DNA from: a virus
Taxonomy: Duplodnaviria > Caudoviricetes
Reading direction: 5' to 3' (one strand)
Virus record (IMG/VR): IMGVR_UViG_3300032225_000646
Location: 1 to 44,844 of that record
Length of the DNA: 44,844 nt
Below the pieces are notes generated by a model, which was given only the letters and a program-made list of their open reading frames with translations, searched no databases and was not told the DNA's origin. The first letter of the stretch is position 1; each line of letters begins with the position of its first letter. Made by a program: the position numbers and the translations under genes. Positions 18,903 through 28,444 of the stretch are shown here, piece after piece.

Positions 18903-20462
18903 TTATAAATTAATTTCCTCCTTGTATAGGTTCAAGAGTATGTCGTGCCCTGCAACACGTTTCTCTAACTGCTTAAACATTTTCTTTTCTATGTCACTAC
19001 CTTGCAAGTGTATTACCGTTACATTGGTGGACGTCTGACCAATACGATCCGCTCGAGCAATACATTGTAAATACGTCTCTACCGACATGACAGGACCATA
19101 AAAGACCACAGTATCGGCGGCTGTGAGGGTTACACCATGTGAGGCGGCTTGCGGTTGTACCACCAGTATGCGAGGCTCGGGCAAGGTTTGGAAACGCTTA
19201 AAAATATCTGTTCTCTTGTTTACCGATACATCGCCATGAATGACTTCGCTTGCTATGGTGTGCTTTAGTAGAAAGGTTTGGATTGTTTCTATGCTGTGTC
19301 TGAATGGGGCAAACACAATTACCTTACGGCTAGTCTCTTCCAGTACCTCAAGTAACACGTTCAAGCGAGGCATACAGTCAAACTCAACAACCTCGTGATC
19401 ATCGGTATACGCCGCACCCGCTGATATTTGTAGCAACTTTGATACACCAGCCGCCGCATTAACCGCAGTAATAGTTTCACCCGATGCCTGCATAACCATA
19501 CGATCTTTGAGCATGCGGTAGTACTTAACTTGTTGAGGCGTAAGGGGAATTTCTCGTGTCTCTGTAAGCACAGGCGGTAGGTCAGTACACTCTTCTTTTG
19601 TGTAACGTATTGCTGGCTGAAGAGCATCGTATACCGCTTGCGCCGCACCTGACTTTGGCACCCACTTAAACTTGGTTAGCTTAGCCATTACCTTGTCACG
19701 CCATGCAGTAGCAAATTTCGGTACACCTGAAGGGTTCACTAGCTTAGCCAAACCATAAGCGTCCACAGGCGATTGTGCAGAAGGTGTGCCTGTCATCATC
19801 CACAGCATCGTGTCAGGCTTAAGAATCTTGTTAAGTGACTTCCAGCGTTTTGTTGATGGGTTCTTGTATGCGTTTGCTTCGTCCACGATAACTAGGTCGA
19901 ACTTGCCGTTGGCAATTACTTCTTCAGCAATAAGGTTTAGCCCGTCGTAGTTCACCACAACGAATTCGTAAGAACCTTGAACCATCTCAACACGTCTTGA
20001 TGCTTGAGTATGATGCGCCGCAACAACCGAACGATGGATAACGCTTTTACCAATACTACTTACCCAAGCGTCGTGCATGATAGATAGCGGACACAGAATC
20101 AAACAACGGCGCACTTGCCCTAGCTTCATTAAGTAGTCAGCCGCCCACAATGCTGAGAACGTCTTGCCAGTACCGGGGTCGTTAAATACAAACGCCCTGC
20201 GGTTCATTGTTAAGAAAGAGGCGGTGTCGATCTGATGTGCAAAGGGTTTATGACGACCGGGCCAACTGTACTTGGCTTCAATCGGTGATGGTGTGTTCTT
20301 AACACCTAGGTTGCGGAGCACACGCACTTCATCTAGCCCCCAGTACACCGCTACTTCAAACGTACCGTTGTCTTCGCTAACAACTTTGCTTCTTGGTATG
20401 ATGCTGTACTTAGATGGGTTGCGTGTCTTAAACAGCAACGCTTTGTTTTCTATGATTTGCAT
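18903..20462 (-). CDS. SNF2-family helicase
   Basis: DPGTGKT (motif I), VIVDEA (motif II), MTGTP (motif III), QCIARADRIGQ (motif VI). Confidence 0.9.
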   Translation of the reverse strand: MQIIENKALLFKTRNPSKYSIIPRSKVVSEDNGTFEVAVYWGLDEVRVLRNLGVKNTPSPIEAKYSWPGRHKPFAHQIDTASFLTMNRRAFVFNDPGTGKTFSALWAADYLMKLGQVRRCLILCPLSIMHDAWVSSIGKSVIHRSVVAAHHTQASRRVEMVQGSYEFVVVNYDGLNLIAEEVIANGKFDLVIVDEANAYKNPSTKRWKSLNKILKPDTMLWMMTGTPSAQSPVDAYGLAKLVNPSGVPKFATAWRDKVMAKLTKFKWVPKSGAAQAVYDALQPAIRYTKEECTDLPPVLTETREIPLTPQQVKYYRMLKDRMVMQASGETITAVNAAAGVSKLLQISAGAAYTDDHEVVEFDCMPRLNVLLEVLEETSRKVIVFAPFRHSIETIQTFLLKHTIASEVIHGDVSVNKRTDIFKRFQTLPEPRILVVQPQAASHGVTLTAADTVVFYGPVMSVETYLQCIARADRIGQTSTNVTVIHLQGSDIEKKMFKQLEKRVAGHDILLNLYKEEINL

Positions 20463-20776
20463 TATTCGATAATCCTATACACAGGCGACATTTGAGTAGC
20501 TAGGTTGTGCTTCTCCAACTTGTTAGCTCCAGTCAAACGAACTAAAGTAATACGCCAAAAGTCGTCTTCTTGAAAATTAGTTTCACTAACCCACTCACCT
20601 TGCCAACGAGCAAGCCACATATCTATCAATGCAGATATTGGTGCTTTCATAGCTTCGTTCTGCAAATCGTTTTCCGTCAGCATTTTGAACGTGCCGTAAG
20701 GCTCTTGTACTGTTGGAAGTCGGAGTTTTTTTATTTTTTCTATTTCTTTTGCGTAATCCTCGTCTGATATACCCAT
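20462..20776 (-). CDS. Hypothetical protein
   Basis: 104 aa, stop/start-coupled to both neighbours. Confidence 0.6.
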   Translation of the reverse strand: MGISDEDYAKEIEKIKKLRLPTVQEPYGTFKMLTENDLQNEAMKAPISALIDMWLARWQGEWVSETNFQEDDFWRITLVRLTGANKLEKHNLATQMSPVYRIIE

Positions 20777-21033
20777 TACTTGATTGCCCCCTTCGCAGTT
20801 CGTTTGTACGAGCGGTTCTTGCTAGCTGGTACGGCTTTTAGATTAGAACGTGTTGTGGTACCGCCCTTGCTTAGTGGCTTCTTGTGGTCTACATCCATGC
20901 CGTCACCCTTGTGTACCACACCTTCACGCTCTAACATACGGCGTGCCTTGTTGCGCTGAGCACGTTTCTTCTTTACCTTCTCTGTGCCATCGTATGTTGC
21001 GTATTCTTGCTTGTAGTCTCTTTTGTAAGTCAT
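20776..21033 (-). CDS. Small HNH endonuclease-like protein
   Basis: DVDHKKPLSKGG..NL....N signature. Confidence 0.8.
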   Translation of the reverse strand: MTYKRDYKQEYATYDGTEKVKKKRAQRNKARRMLEREGVVHKGDGMDVDHKKPLSKGGTTTRSNLKAVPASKNRSYKRTAKGAIK

Positions 21034-21041
21034 GATATGCC

Positions 21042-21707
21042 TTAGTGTTTAGGGTTAAATTCGCAACCCTTTACTTGACACCAGCCACAGAGCGGTGTAC
21101 TTGTTGGGTTCCAAATATCATTATCGTAGGATGCTGCCAGTTTTGCTACCCTCTCCCGATACAGTTGCCAATGGAAATCCTTCTCTTCTACGGTCATCGT
21201 TTGTGTGACCATCGTGTTCTTGACAACAAACAGCAGAGCAGAATTAACTTGGCGTATGTGGGGGAAGTGGGCAAACACCATCAAAGACATTAGGATTAGC
21301 TGATCTCGGTCGGGGTACTTGTTGTTGCCTGTCTTGTAATCAACTACCCTAGCCTTAAACCCATCGTCATCAATGATTAGTAAGTCGGCAATACCACGTA
21401 CCCATACGTCAGGTGAATCAAAGGCACAGGGTTGTAAGTCTTCAGTCAGCCCCATCTCGTGCTCAGTTAGTTTGCGCCCTGTCTTTTTAAGTAATGAGTC
21501 AAGCGTGGGCTTCATGAATTCGTGCTCGGGGGGTAGTGGTACGTTATCTCGTACGTAGTGCTCAGCCGATTCATGCACTTGCTTGCCGTAGATGGTGTGA
21601 ACTGTGTCGGTGAACGGGTAATTCTTCAACACTTTGACTTCGTGGAAACGTCTTGCACAGCCCTCGTAGTCCTTAAGACCTGAGTGCGACCATTTAAATT
21701 TAGGCAT
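21042..21707 (-). CDS. PD-(D/E)XK exonuclease (RecB/Cas4-like)
   Basis: Likely start MPKFKWSHS; C..R, G..VH, RGIAD, VDYKTG, QL and C-terminal CGWC..C. Confidence 0.85.
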   Translation of the reverse strand: MPKFKWSHSGLKDYEGCARRFHEVKVLKNYPFTDTVHTIYGKQVHESAEHYVRDNVPLPPEHEFMKPTLDSLLKKTGRKLTEHEMGLTEDLQPCAFDSPDVWVRGIADLLIIDDDGFKARVVDYKTGNNKYPDRDQLILMSLMVFAHFPHIRQVNSALLFVVKNTMVTQTMTVEEKDFHWQLYRERVAKLAASYDNDIWNPTSTPLCGWCQVKGCEFNPKH

Positions 21708-21912
21708 TGTGTTTAGTCCAGTAGTTAAATGCTTTGCGAATTGCTTCGTATTCTGTGTCAGCTTTAAACCCAAAATGCCCTTTGTCTACATGCCATATAG
21801 CAACGGAGGTGTACTCTTTTTCTATATCAGCGCCTACCATCCAGTTGTTCAGCTTCATCATGTCAATCATGGTCTGTTCTTCTGCACTCCAGCGTGGTTC
21901 GTAGTAGCCCAT
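21700..21912 (-). CDS. Hypothetical protein
   Basis: 70 aa, coupled to neighbours. Confidence 0.55.
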   Translation of the reverse strand: MGYYEPRWSAEEQTMIDMMKLNNWMVGADIEKEYTSVAIWHVDKGHFGFKADTEYEAIRKAFNYWTKHNA

Positions 21913-22217
21913 TAAAACTTCGCAGTCTTGATAGCTTGGTCTAGGCGGTTGGAGAACTCAGTAACAAACTTCTCATTGTGCGTTAGCGTACAACCCATAT
22001 CATAAAGAATAGCGTGGGTTAGCTCATGCCAAAAGGTGTTAGCTTGCTCATCCGCGTCGTACACATAACCTCGAAGTGGGTTGCCCTTGGCTATGGTAAT
22101 GGTGTGGGTTTCCTCGTCAAAAGACCCATGACATACGGTGTTTCCTACAACTACACTTTTTTTCGTGCATATCTGGTGGGGGGTATTGCCTATGACAACT
22201 TCTTTTGGTATCTTCAT
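21912..22217 (-). CDS. Small HExxH metallopeptidase-like protein
   Basis: TFWHELTHAIL followed by NEKFV. Confidence 0.7.
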   Translation of the reverse strand: MKIPKEVVIGNTPHQICTKKSVVVGNTVCHGSFDEETHTITIAKGNPLRGYVYDADEQANTFWHELTHAILYDMGCTLTHNEKFVTEFSNRLDQAIKTAKF

Positions 22218-24199
22218 TTAGCTTCTCCGTATCGTTTGTTGCATCCTGTTTCAGCATCTAATGGTATGCCGGGCATGTACGAGGGGTCTTTAATCATCTG
22301 CTCCAAAACCCATTGCTCAGCTTCTTTGGCTTCGTCTTCGGGTACTAGGCACACAACCTCATCATGCACAGTTAATACGCAGGAATACCTCTTTTGTATC
22401 CTGAGCATGCCATCCGTCATCACACATCTTGATACCGCCTGTACTACGTTCTCTACTATCTTACCGCCATACAGCTTGCGTCTAGACTTCTCATCGACGC
22501 CATAAACCCACTGAATACGCCCTTTGTTATCGGCTTCTCCAGTTAATTCGGGGTACTTTAAAGCAAGTCCACTAGGTAATAGTATACGCTCTTTGTCAAA
22601 AGTTAGGCATTTATGTACATAGGGTTTACCCTGATACATACTATTTCTCACCAACGAGTTGCACAGTTCCCATAGATCGACCACAGGGCTGGCGGCTTCT
22701 CGGTACTTATCAATGATCTTCTTGGCGGCGAGACAATGTATCAACAATTCTTGCTCAGAGCAGGTGTGCGGTATGGCACGCATCATTTCCATGTTCTTCT
22801 CCCAACCAATAAAGTCGTTCACATCCTGCGTAGTTACTCCCAACTGCTTGGCAAACGCTTTGTCGTACATGGTAGGTGGCGCACCTAGAAAGCCTGTAAG
22901 TAACTGTGCAGAGAAGGAAGCCCAACCCATACCATAACCGCAACCCAACAACGCACTCTTTGCACTTTGTCTTAAATCAGGGTGAGTATTTTTATTTAAA
23001 TCGGGGATGCCGAACATCTGTGCACCGAACGCCGCATACGCATCCTTGCCGGACGCAAAGATCTCGAGCAACGAATCGTATCCTGATAAGAACGCAAGAA
23101 CTCTTGGTTCAATCTGCGAGAGGTCACACACAACGAGGGTATATCCTTCCGGCGCTTGAATAGCTTTACGTAAGAAGGAACCCCGCTTAAGGTTTTGTAG
23201 ATTAAGCCCCGAACCCTTGGACGCTGACCAACGACCTGTGTGTGCGCCGTAGTAGTTGAGTGGGACAGGAAGCGTGCCTCTGCTTGCAATGTCGACAAAA
23301 CGTTGCGCTCTCGTACGTTCAAGCGTGCTTTTAACTTTGAGGCGAGCTTCACAAATAAGTGCAACATCCTCATTCTCGCTGTTGAGTAAGGCTTGGAAGA
23401 GGGCGTCATTTTTGGCAAACGCATACGCTTCTTTCCCAGTCGTCTTTGATATTTTGGTAGGCGGCTTAACTCCAAGTGCCTCAAGAACAGTAGCGAACTG
23501 GTCATTACTAGCCAACGCCGAGTCTTCAATGTTTGCCTTTTTAAGTAAGGCTTCTCTTTTTGTTCTCTCGTCTTCGATAGCTTCACGCAACATCTCCTCG
23601 TCTAGTTCTAATACAGGGTTAGTAAACATCTTGAGCGTCATGTCTATTAGCTTGAGCTCTTTTAAAGGGAAGCCACCATCAACCTCCATCATTAAGTTCT
23701 TAAAGATACCTTCGCATAGCACAACGTCGTGTGCACAGTAGGCGGCTAGCTCTTGCTCAACTTCCCAGCTTAGTTCGCTCAACCCATTGGTGCTGTGTAC
23801 TGCGTTGCCCTTTGGTGGTAGCCCATACACCTCGGCTAACTTCATTAGGCTGTTGCCTACTTCCACACCCCTAAGAGCACGAGCCATAGATAGAGAGTCA
23901 AAAATAAAGCAAGGCTTTGCCCCATACACCCAGCTAAGAATAGCAATATCGAACTGAGCATTATGCGCAAGCACCGCCGTCCGACTCCAATCAACTGAAT
24001 CAATCCATTCTTGTAATTCATCGTGTGATACCCATTGTGGTGATACATCTACATCTAGTTGTTTAAAGCACAAGCCAAAGGCTTTGAAGCGAGGATCTCT
24101 GACGTACTCTTCTGTTGTCATCTTAGATAGCGTGTACTCCTTGCTATCCCACCTCGTCTCAAAGTCAATGACAAGTATCTTGTCAAATGGTGCACTCAT
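22214..24199 (-). CDS. polA: Family A DNA polymerase with 3'-5' exonuclease
   Basis: IDFET and HNAQFD (exo), HTGRWS, DLSQIEPR (motif A), RQSAKSALLGCGYG (motif B), VHDE (motif C). Confidence 0.93.
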   Translation of the reverse strand: MSAPFDKILVIDFETRWDSKEYTLSKMTTEEYVRDPRFKAFGLCFKQLDVDVSPQWVSHDELQEWIDSVDWSRTAVLAHNAQFDIAILSWVYGAKPCFIFDSLSMARALRGVEVGNSLMKLAEVYGLPPKGNAVHSTNGLSELSWEVEQELAAYCAHDVVLCEGIFKNLMMEVDGGFPLKELKLIDMTLKMFTNPVLELDEEMLREAIEDERTKREALLKKANIEDSALASNDQFATVLEALGVKPPTKISKTTGKEAYAFAKNDALFQALLNSENEDVALICEARLKVKSTLERTRAQRFVDIASRGTLPVPLNYYGAHTGRWSASKGSGLNLQNLKRGSFLRKAIQAPEGYTLVVCDLSQIEPRVLAFLSGYDSLLEIFASGKDAYAAFGAQMFGIPDLNKNTHPDLRQSAKSALLGCGYGMGWASFSAQLLTGFLGAPPTMYDKAFAKQLGVTTQDVNDFIGWEKNMEMMRAIPHTCSEQELLIHCLAAKKIIDKYREAASPVVDLWELCNSLVRNSMYQGKPYVHKCLTFDKERILLPSGLALKYPELTGEADNKGRIQWVYGVDEKSRRKLYGGKIVENVVQAVSRCVMTDGMLRIQKRYSCVLTVHDEVVCLVPEDEAKEAEQWVLEQMIKDPSYMPGIPLDAETGCNKRYGEAK

Positions 24200-24363
24200 T
24201 TAACCCCCAAGAAATCGCTTGCTTTAAAGCCATTTTTTTCTAATGCTTTCTTAAGTTTTTCCAAAGCTTGCTTTTCATAGTAGTTAACAGTAGAGCGATT
24301 CATTCCTAGCTCGTCCGCTATTTCTTGTTGTGTCATATCAAAGTGTTGTTGTGGTTGATTCAT
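24196..24363 (-). CDS. Sigma-70 region 4-like HTH protein (55 aa, not in ORF track)
   Basis: MNQPQQHFDMTQQEIADELGMNRSTVNYYEKQALEKLKKAL..; ATGA overlaps on both sides. Confidence 0.75.
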   Translation of the reverse strand: MNQPQQHFDMTQQEIADELGMNRSTVNYYEKQALEKLKKALEKNGFKASDFLGVK

Positions 24364-24545
24364 TTCTCTTGTATCTCCATTGCCTTATCAAACTTTTCTT
24401 TCCAATATTCAATTTCTTTTGCTTGATTTTTTATGACCCAAGATGCAGTAGCTACATTCTCAGAGCCAGCAAGTGCCTTGTCTTGCATATCGTTAAATTG
24501 CTTATCAAGGTCTTTTATAAATAGTTCTATGTCAAAGTTTTTCAT
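24360..24545 (-). CDS. Hypothetical protein
   Basis: 61 aa in operon. Confidence 0.55.
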   Translation of the reverse strand: MKNFDIELFIKDLDKQFNDMQDKALAGSENVATASWVIKNQAKEIEYWKEKFDKAMEIQEK

Positions 24546-24624
24546 TTCTATGCGTCCTTATTAGTTTGTTAAATACCACAACACCTTTCCACCATTCATC
24601 TGAATACTTCTTTTCTTGACTCAT
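24532..24624 (-). CDS. Hypothetical 30-aa protein
   Basis: MSQEKKYSDEWWKGVVVFNKLIRTHRNEKL*, ATGA-coupled to the upstream gene. Confidence 0.4.
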   Translation of the reverse strand: MSQEKKYSDEWWKGVVVFNKLIRTHRNEKL

Positions 24625-25361
24625 GATCTTGTCAACTGTCCGCTAAAGTTATACGCACCATGATGCTCAAGCTGTACCCAAGGTGCCGCCCATATTGTTA
24701 AGCCTGCCTTGCGTGCTATCTTGCAGAAGTGATAGTCCTCTGATAGCAAGCGGTTGCCTGACTCGGGGTCAATGCTTGTTGCAAAGAACTCTTTGATAAC
24801 CTTAGTCTCTTGCGCATCAACTGCTCTCCACATGTCATTGGCATACTCAGGCACAGTCGGTGCTAGCTTCTCAAACACCTCACGCTTAATCAACATAAAA
24901 CCAGTACCACCATTCTCAATCTGCATCGGGTCGTATAGATTACCTTCTTGATGTAGCGCACCGCCCACAAGATTAACAACAAAGCTACCAGTATGCAGAT
25001 GTAGCTCTTGCATAGGCACGCCATCTTTAACTGCTTGCTCTATCTTGGGCCAATTAATTTCTTTCTTGGGATAGATACCACAGATAATGTCCTTGTCAGC
25101 GTCAATCATAGGTACGATATGCGATGGGTGAAAGCCGATGTCTGCATCAATAAACATCAAGTGTGTGCAATCTGTTTGTAAGAAGTCATGTGTCAGGCTG
25201 TTGCGCCCTCGTGTGATGAGCGACTCGTTAGTCATGTAGCCGTAACGGAAAGCGATGTTCTCTTTGCCTAACGTGCCAGCCATCTGCACCATACCTACTG
25301 TGTACGCACCATTACATACACCGCCATACATTGGTGTTGCAATAAATAAGTTAGCTTTCAT
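24621..25361 (-). CDS. GT-A fold glycosyltransferase-like protein
   Basis: IATPMYGG, ITRGRN, HLMFIDAD (DxD), GTGFMLIKREVF, SEDYHFC. Confidence 0.75.
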   Translation of the reverse strand: MKANLFIATPMYGGVCNGAYTVGMVQMAGTLGKENIAFRYGYMTNESLITRGRNSLTHDFLQTDCTHLMFIDADIGFHPSHIVPMIDADKDIICGIYPKKEINWPKIEQAVKDGVPMQELHLHTGSFVVNLVGGALHQEGNLYDPMQIENGGTGFMLIKREVFEKLAPTVPEYANDMWRAVDAQETKVIKEFFATSIDPESGNRLLSEDYHFCKIARKAGLTIWAAPWVQLEHHGAYNFSGQLTRS

Positions 25362-25558
25362 TTCTTTTCTTTCTTTGCTGTTAATTTTTTACGTAGTTTG
25401 ATACCAGCTTGAGCGTTTTTGTTTTGCTCGATGACCTGCGTAATCACCGCCAGTATTCCCTCTTGTACTAAAAACTCCAAACCTTCTTTATCAAAGTTAA
25501 CAATAGCATCTGCTGACCCATCTTTATTTTCTTTAATTACCTTTAATGTAATTTCCAT
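25358..25558 (-). CDS. Hypothetical protein
   Basis: Likely start MEITLKVIKENKDGSA, coupled to the upstream stop. Confidence 0.6.
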   Translation of the reverse strand: MEITLKVIKENKDGSADAIVNFDKEGLEFLVQEGILAVITQVIEQNKNAQAGIKLRKKLTAKKEKK

Positions 25559-25740
25559 TATTTGCCACTCCCAATACTGCCGGGTGTCCACACGCTTGGG
25601 ATTTCTCTAAACGCTTCAAGGCGTTTGATGAATGGGTGTGGTGTTGGTACGTATGGTTTGAAGTTGTTGCCTGTGCGTGATTGTGCAATGGCAAACTCGT
25701 TTGGTTTTGATTTGTATGTTTCAAATTTAGCTGGTTTCAT
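25558..25740 (-). CDS. Hypothetical protein
   Basis: 60 aa, coupled both sides. Confidence 0.5.
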   Translation of the reverse strand: MKPAKFETYKSKPNEFAIAQSRTGNNFKPYVPTPHPFIKRLEAFREIPSVWTPGSIGSGK

Positions 25741-25976
25741 TGTAAAGTCCTGTTCTTAACTAGTTTGGAAATGGTGTCACTTATGTTTGCGGCGGCTTCG
25801 AGAAGTATCGTCGGCAATTCACTCTCATCCATATTTAAACCATAAACCCTAACGGTTTCTGTTTCGTCGTTGACTATGATTACTGCGGCTGAGTGCGTTG
25901 CGTTTTCTACTGTGCATAGGTTTAGTTGTTGTTGCACCTCGTCATATGCTTGCTCCTTGGTTTTGTCTTTAATCAT
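25737..25976 (-). CDS. Hypothetical protein
   Basis: 79 aa, ATGA overlaps. Confidence 0.6.
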   Translation of the reverse strand: MIKDKTKEQAYDEVQQQLNLCTVENATHSAAVIIVNDETETVRVYGLNMDESELPTILLEAAANISDTISKLVKNRTLQ

Positions 25977-26275
25977 GGCGTTAGCCCTTTATCAATGGTG
26001 TCAAATACTTTTTGTACGTCAGGTACGTTGTCTTCGTTCACTACTCTAACGAACCCCTGCGCTTGCTTGATCTTGTCCATCTCTGCTTCTTGTAGTGCAG
26101 TAGGTTTATTACTGCCAGCCTTACACTCAATAGCAATGAACACAGCCCGATAACAACACACAATATCAGGAACCCCACTACGCCCATAACCACCAGTAGC
26201 AGGGAAAAAATAGTAAGCACCGTTCTTTTTAATAACATCGACAACTTTCTTTTTAACTTTGGCTTCGGGTGTCAA
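25973..26275 (-). CDS. VRR-NUC nuclease / Holliday junction resolvase-like
   Basis: TPEAKVK, SGVPDI, IECKA, PTALQ. Confidence 0.85.
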   Translation of the reverse strand: MTPEAKVKKKVVDVIKKNGAYYFFPATGGYGRSGVPDIVCCYRAVFIAIECKAGSNKPTALQEAEMDKIKQAQGFVRVVNEDNVPDVQKVFDTIDKGLTP

Positions 26276-26472
26276 GCATCCTCCTTACCATAACGTCTGC
26301 GTACATCGTCAAGCCGTTGCAAACAAATTACGATTTGGTTAAGTTGGTTTTGTACAGTTGGCTGATCACCGACTTGATACGCTTTGAGCGCAACAATAAC
26401 CTCAGCTTCAAGATTACATAGTGCGGCGTTCTCACGCATCATCAATAGAACATCACCTTCCGACATGGGCAT
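26272..26472 (-). CDS. Hypothetical protein
   Basis: 66 aa, AGGAG RBS. Confidence 0.55.
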   Translation of the reverse strand: MPMSEGDVLLMMRENAALCNLEAEVIVALKAYQVGDQPTVQNQLNQIVICLQRLDDVRRRYGKEDA

Positions 26473-26755
26473 CTTTAATCTCCTTTAAAAACGATTGACC
26501 TTTAGCGCCGACAAAAAGATCTACACCACGTCTGTCGTCTCTATCTTGTTTCTCAAGCACAAACTTCTTGGCAATGAGTTTGTGTAAGTACTTGTGCGTG
26601 GTGGCTGGTGACATAACTGTTTGTGCTTCAGCTATCTTCAGTACTGCCATCGTACCTAGCGGTGCTTCTGCGTTGACCATGCCTAGCACATACTCTTCTT
26701 GCCACGATATTTTGTGGCGGTTTCGTACTACTTGTGTATCGTATGCGTTACTCAT
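26453..26755 (-). CDS. MarR-like winged-helix protein
   Basis: SPATTHKYLHKLIAKKFV..DRDDRR..GAKG. Confidence 0.7.
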   Translation of the reverse strand: MSNAYDTQVVRNRHKISWQEEYVLGMVNAEAPLGTMAVLKIAEAQTVMSPATTHKYLHKLIAKKFVLEKQDRDDRRGVDLFVGAKGQSFLKEIKDAHVGR

Positions 26756-27038
26756 CTTGTTGCTCCTTTGGTTCTTCATCACACCGTTCAATCAATGCGG
26801 CATAGCCACACATATCTACTAGGTTATCTCTATGGTCGGGGTCGTTGGCAAACCTAGCTATCTTAACTAACACCATCATTGCGGCAACATCTTTCGGTGT
26901 TACTGCATCTGAATACTTGCGTGCCTTTAGGTATGCGTCCCACATCGTAGCTATGGTCTTAAGATTTTTAGCTGGATGCCCGTACGTTTTTTCTCTATCA
27001 CCATTGATGATAGAGTTGGCTTCTTTTAATACACTCAT
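26748..27038 (-). CDS. DUF6378-like phage protein
   Basis: DREKTYGHP..N...IA..W; KIAR..HRDNLVDMCGYA. Confidence 0.75.
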   Translation of the reverse strand: MSVLKEANSIINGDREKTYGHPAKNLKTIATMWDAYLKARKYSDAVTPKDVAAMMVLVKIARFANDPDHRDNLVDMCGYAALIERCDEEPKEQQDE

Positions 27039-27047
27039 ACAACCCCC

Positions 27048-27920
27048 TTAGAAACTAAACTTAGATAAGATGTCATCGACTTGCGTCTTAACATCGGTAC
27101 GTGCTCCCACATCCTTGCGTAAGTCTTTCACATCAATACCACCGATGGCTTTCTTTAACGCCTTGCGTGCCTCTTCGATACTAGGGTCGTTGACAATGTT
27201 CAAGTCCTTAGCCCATTCACACAACTCATGCGCTGTATCTAACAACGAGTCGTGGAACTTGCGAGGCTTAGCTTCACCACTAACATAGTCAATGGTTAGG
27301 CGGTCAGACATACGCGCAAGATGTTCTACCATACGTTGCTTAAAAGAGGTCATTGCGTTCTCTACCCTTTCGTCAGCAAATTTAGATAGCTGAGCCTTGA
27401 GTTCGGCTTGTGCATCATTACCAATATCCACTCGGAAGTCACCCGATGCAGGCACAGGCATGTAGTTCACGTTGAAGCGGAACCGATGCTCGATGTCGGT
27501 AGGTTGTGGGTAGTCGTTGCGGTTGAACATATCACCTAGTGCCATAGCTTGCGCAGTAATGAGTGACGGGTACACAGTAACGAACTCAGTAACCAGCCCA
27601 TGAAATCTATCCTCTGCTTGTTGTAGCTTAGTATTAAATTCCATAAACTTAGCGCTTGGCAATAGTCGTATACCCGAGTCACTCCAAGGCAACGTGTTGT
27701 CATACACATAGCTACGTGTTTCTGTAACGTGCTGACCTACTACTTCCAACTCGCTACGCCCTGCGAATAGGTTCTTGTTAACTCGAGCCGCACCTTTAGC
27801 CTGTGCATGCTTGTTACTAACCAACTCGTCAGTAGTCGAGCGATCTAGCTTGCGTGCAGTCCATTGTGATACGTTGAGTTCTACTAGTAATGCGCATGTG
27901 TCGATGTTATATCGTGCCAT
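27048..27920 (-). CDS. DUF3150-like protein associated with AAA/vWA module
   Basis: 290 aa helical; TLPW..G.RLLP and DYP motifs; usual neighbour of phage AAA + vWA genes. Confidence 0.6.
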   Translation of the reverse strand: MARYNIDTCALLVELNVSQWTARKLDRSTTDELVSNKHAQAKGAARVNKNLFAGRSELEVVGQHVTETRSYVYDNTLPWSDSGIRLLPSAKFMEFNTKLQQAEDRFHGLVTEFVTVYPSLITAQAMALGDMFNRNDYPQPTDIEHRFRFNVNYMPVPASGDFRVDIGNDAQAELKAQLSKFADERVENAMTSFKQRMVEHLARMSDRLTIDYVSGEAKPRKFHDSLLDTAHELCEWAKDLNIVNDPSIEEARKALKKAIGGIDVKDLRKDVGARTDVKTQVDDILSKFSF

Positions 27921-27950
27921 GATTTACTTCTCCTCGTTTGATTGATTTAA

Positions 27951-28427
27951 TTAACTTGACAGTCCGTTACGAGAGTAGATCTCTCTTGTTAAGCGTTGCT
28001 TAGGTAAATCATCTAACCCCGACAACAAATCAGCAACAGGGTCGTTCTTCAAAAACGTAGCAACACTAGGGTCAAAGCGTACTAGCTCAACAAATTTCTT
28101 ATCCGCAGTAACGCTTGTCTTGTAGTTACCACTACCCCACATCTGCGTAGCATACGAACTTACTGATCCACGTACTACCTCGGGTGAATACTTACTAGCA
28201 GGTATTTTTATAGAGGTGTTGATCATTACGTTGTGCATGAACGGCATGATGTACGCACGCAGTTCACCCAACGGATAGATAGAGCGCCGACGTTTAGGTT
28301 TCTTTTGCTCAGCTATGTTGAGGTCGCCATGCTTGTTGCCATCGCTGTCTACGATTGCAAACTTGAGGTTAAGACTATTCAATACGGCTGTTACTTTAGT
28401 TAACACAGAGTTTTCTACTTGGTTCAT
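27951..28427 (-). CDS. Hypothetical protein
   Basis: 158 aa, AAGGAG RBS. Confidence 0.65.
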   Translation of the reverse strand: MNQVENSVLTKVTAVLNSLNLKFAIVDSDGNKHGDLNIAEQKKPKRRRSIYPLGELRAYIMPFMHNVMINTSIKIPASKYSPEVVRGSVSSYATQMWGSGNYKTSVTADKKFVELVRFDPSVATFLKNDPVADLLSGLDDLPKQRLTREIYSRNGLSS

Positions 28428-28444
28428 CTTTAAAGCTCCTTAGT

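Noticed and set aside
20776-21033. HNH gene as an intron or mobile homing element
   Set aside because: Free-standing 85-aa gene coupled to its neighbours; no interrupted gene or intron structure seen
21042-21707. Cas4 as part of a CRISPR system
   Set aside because: Stand-alone replication-module nuclease; no array or other cas genes
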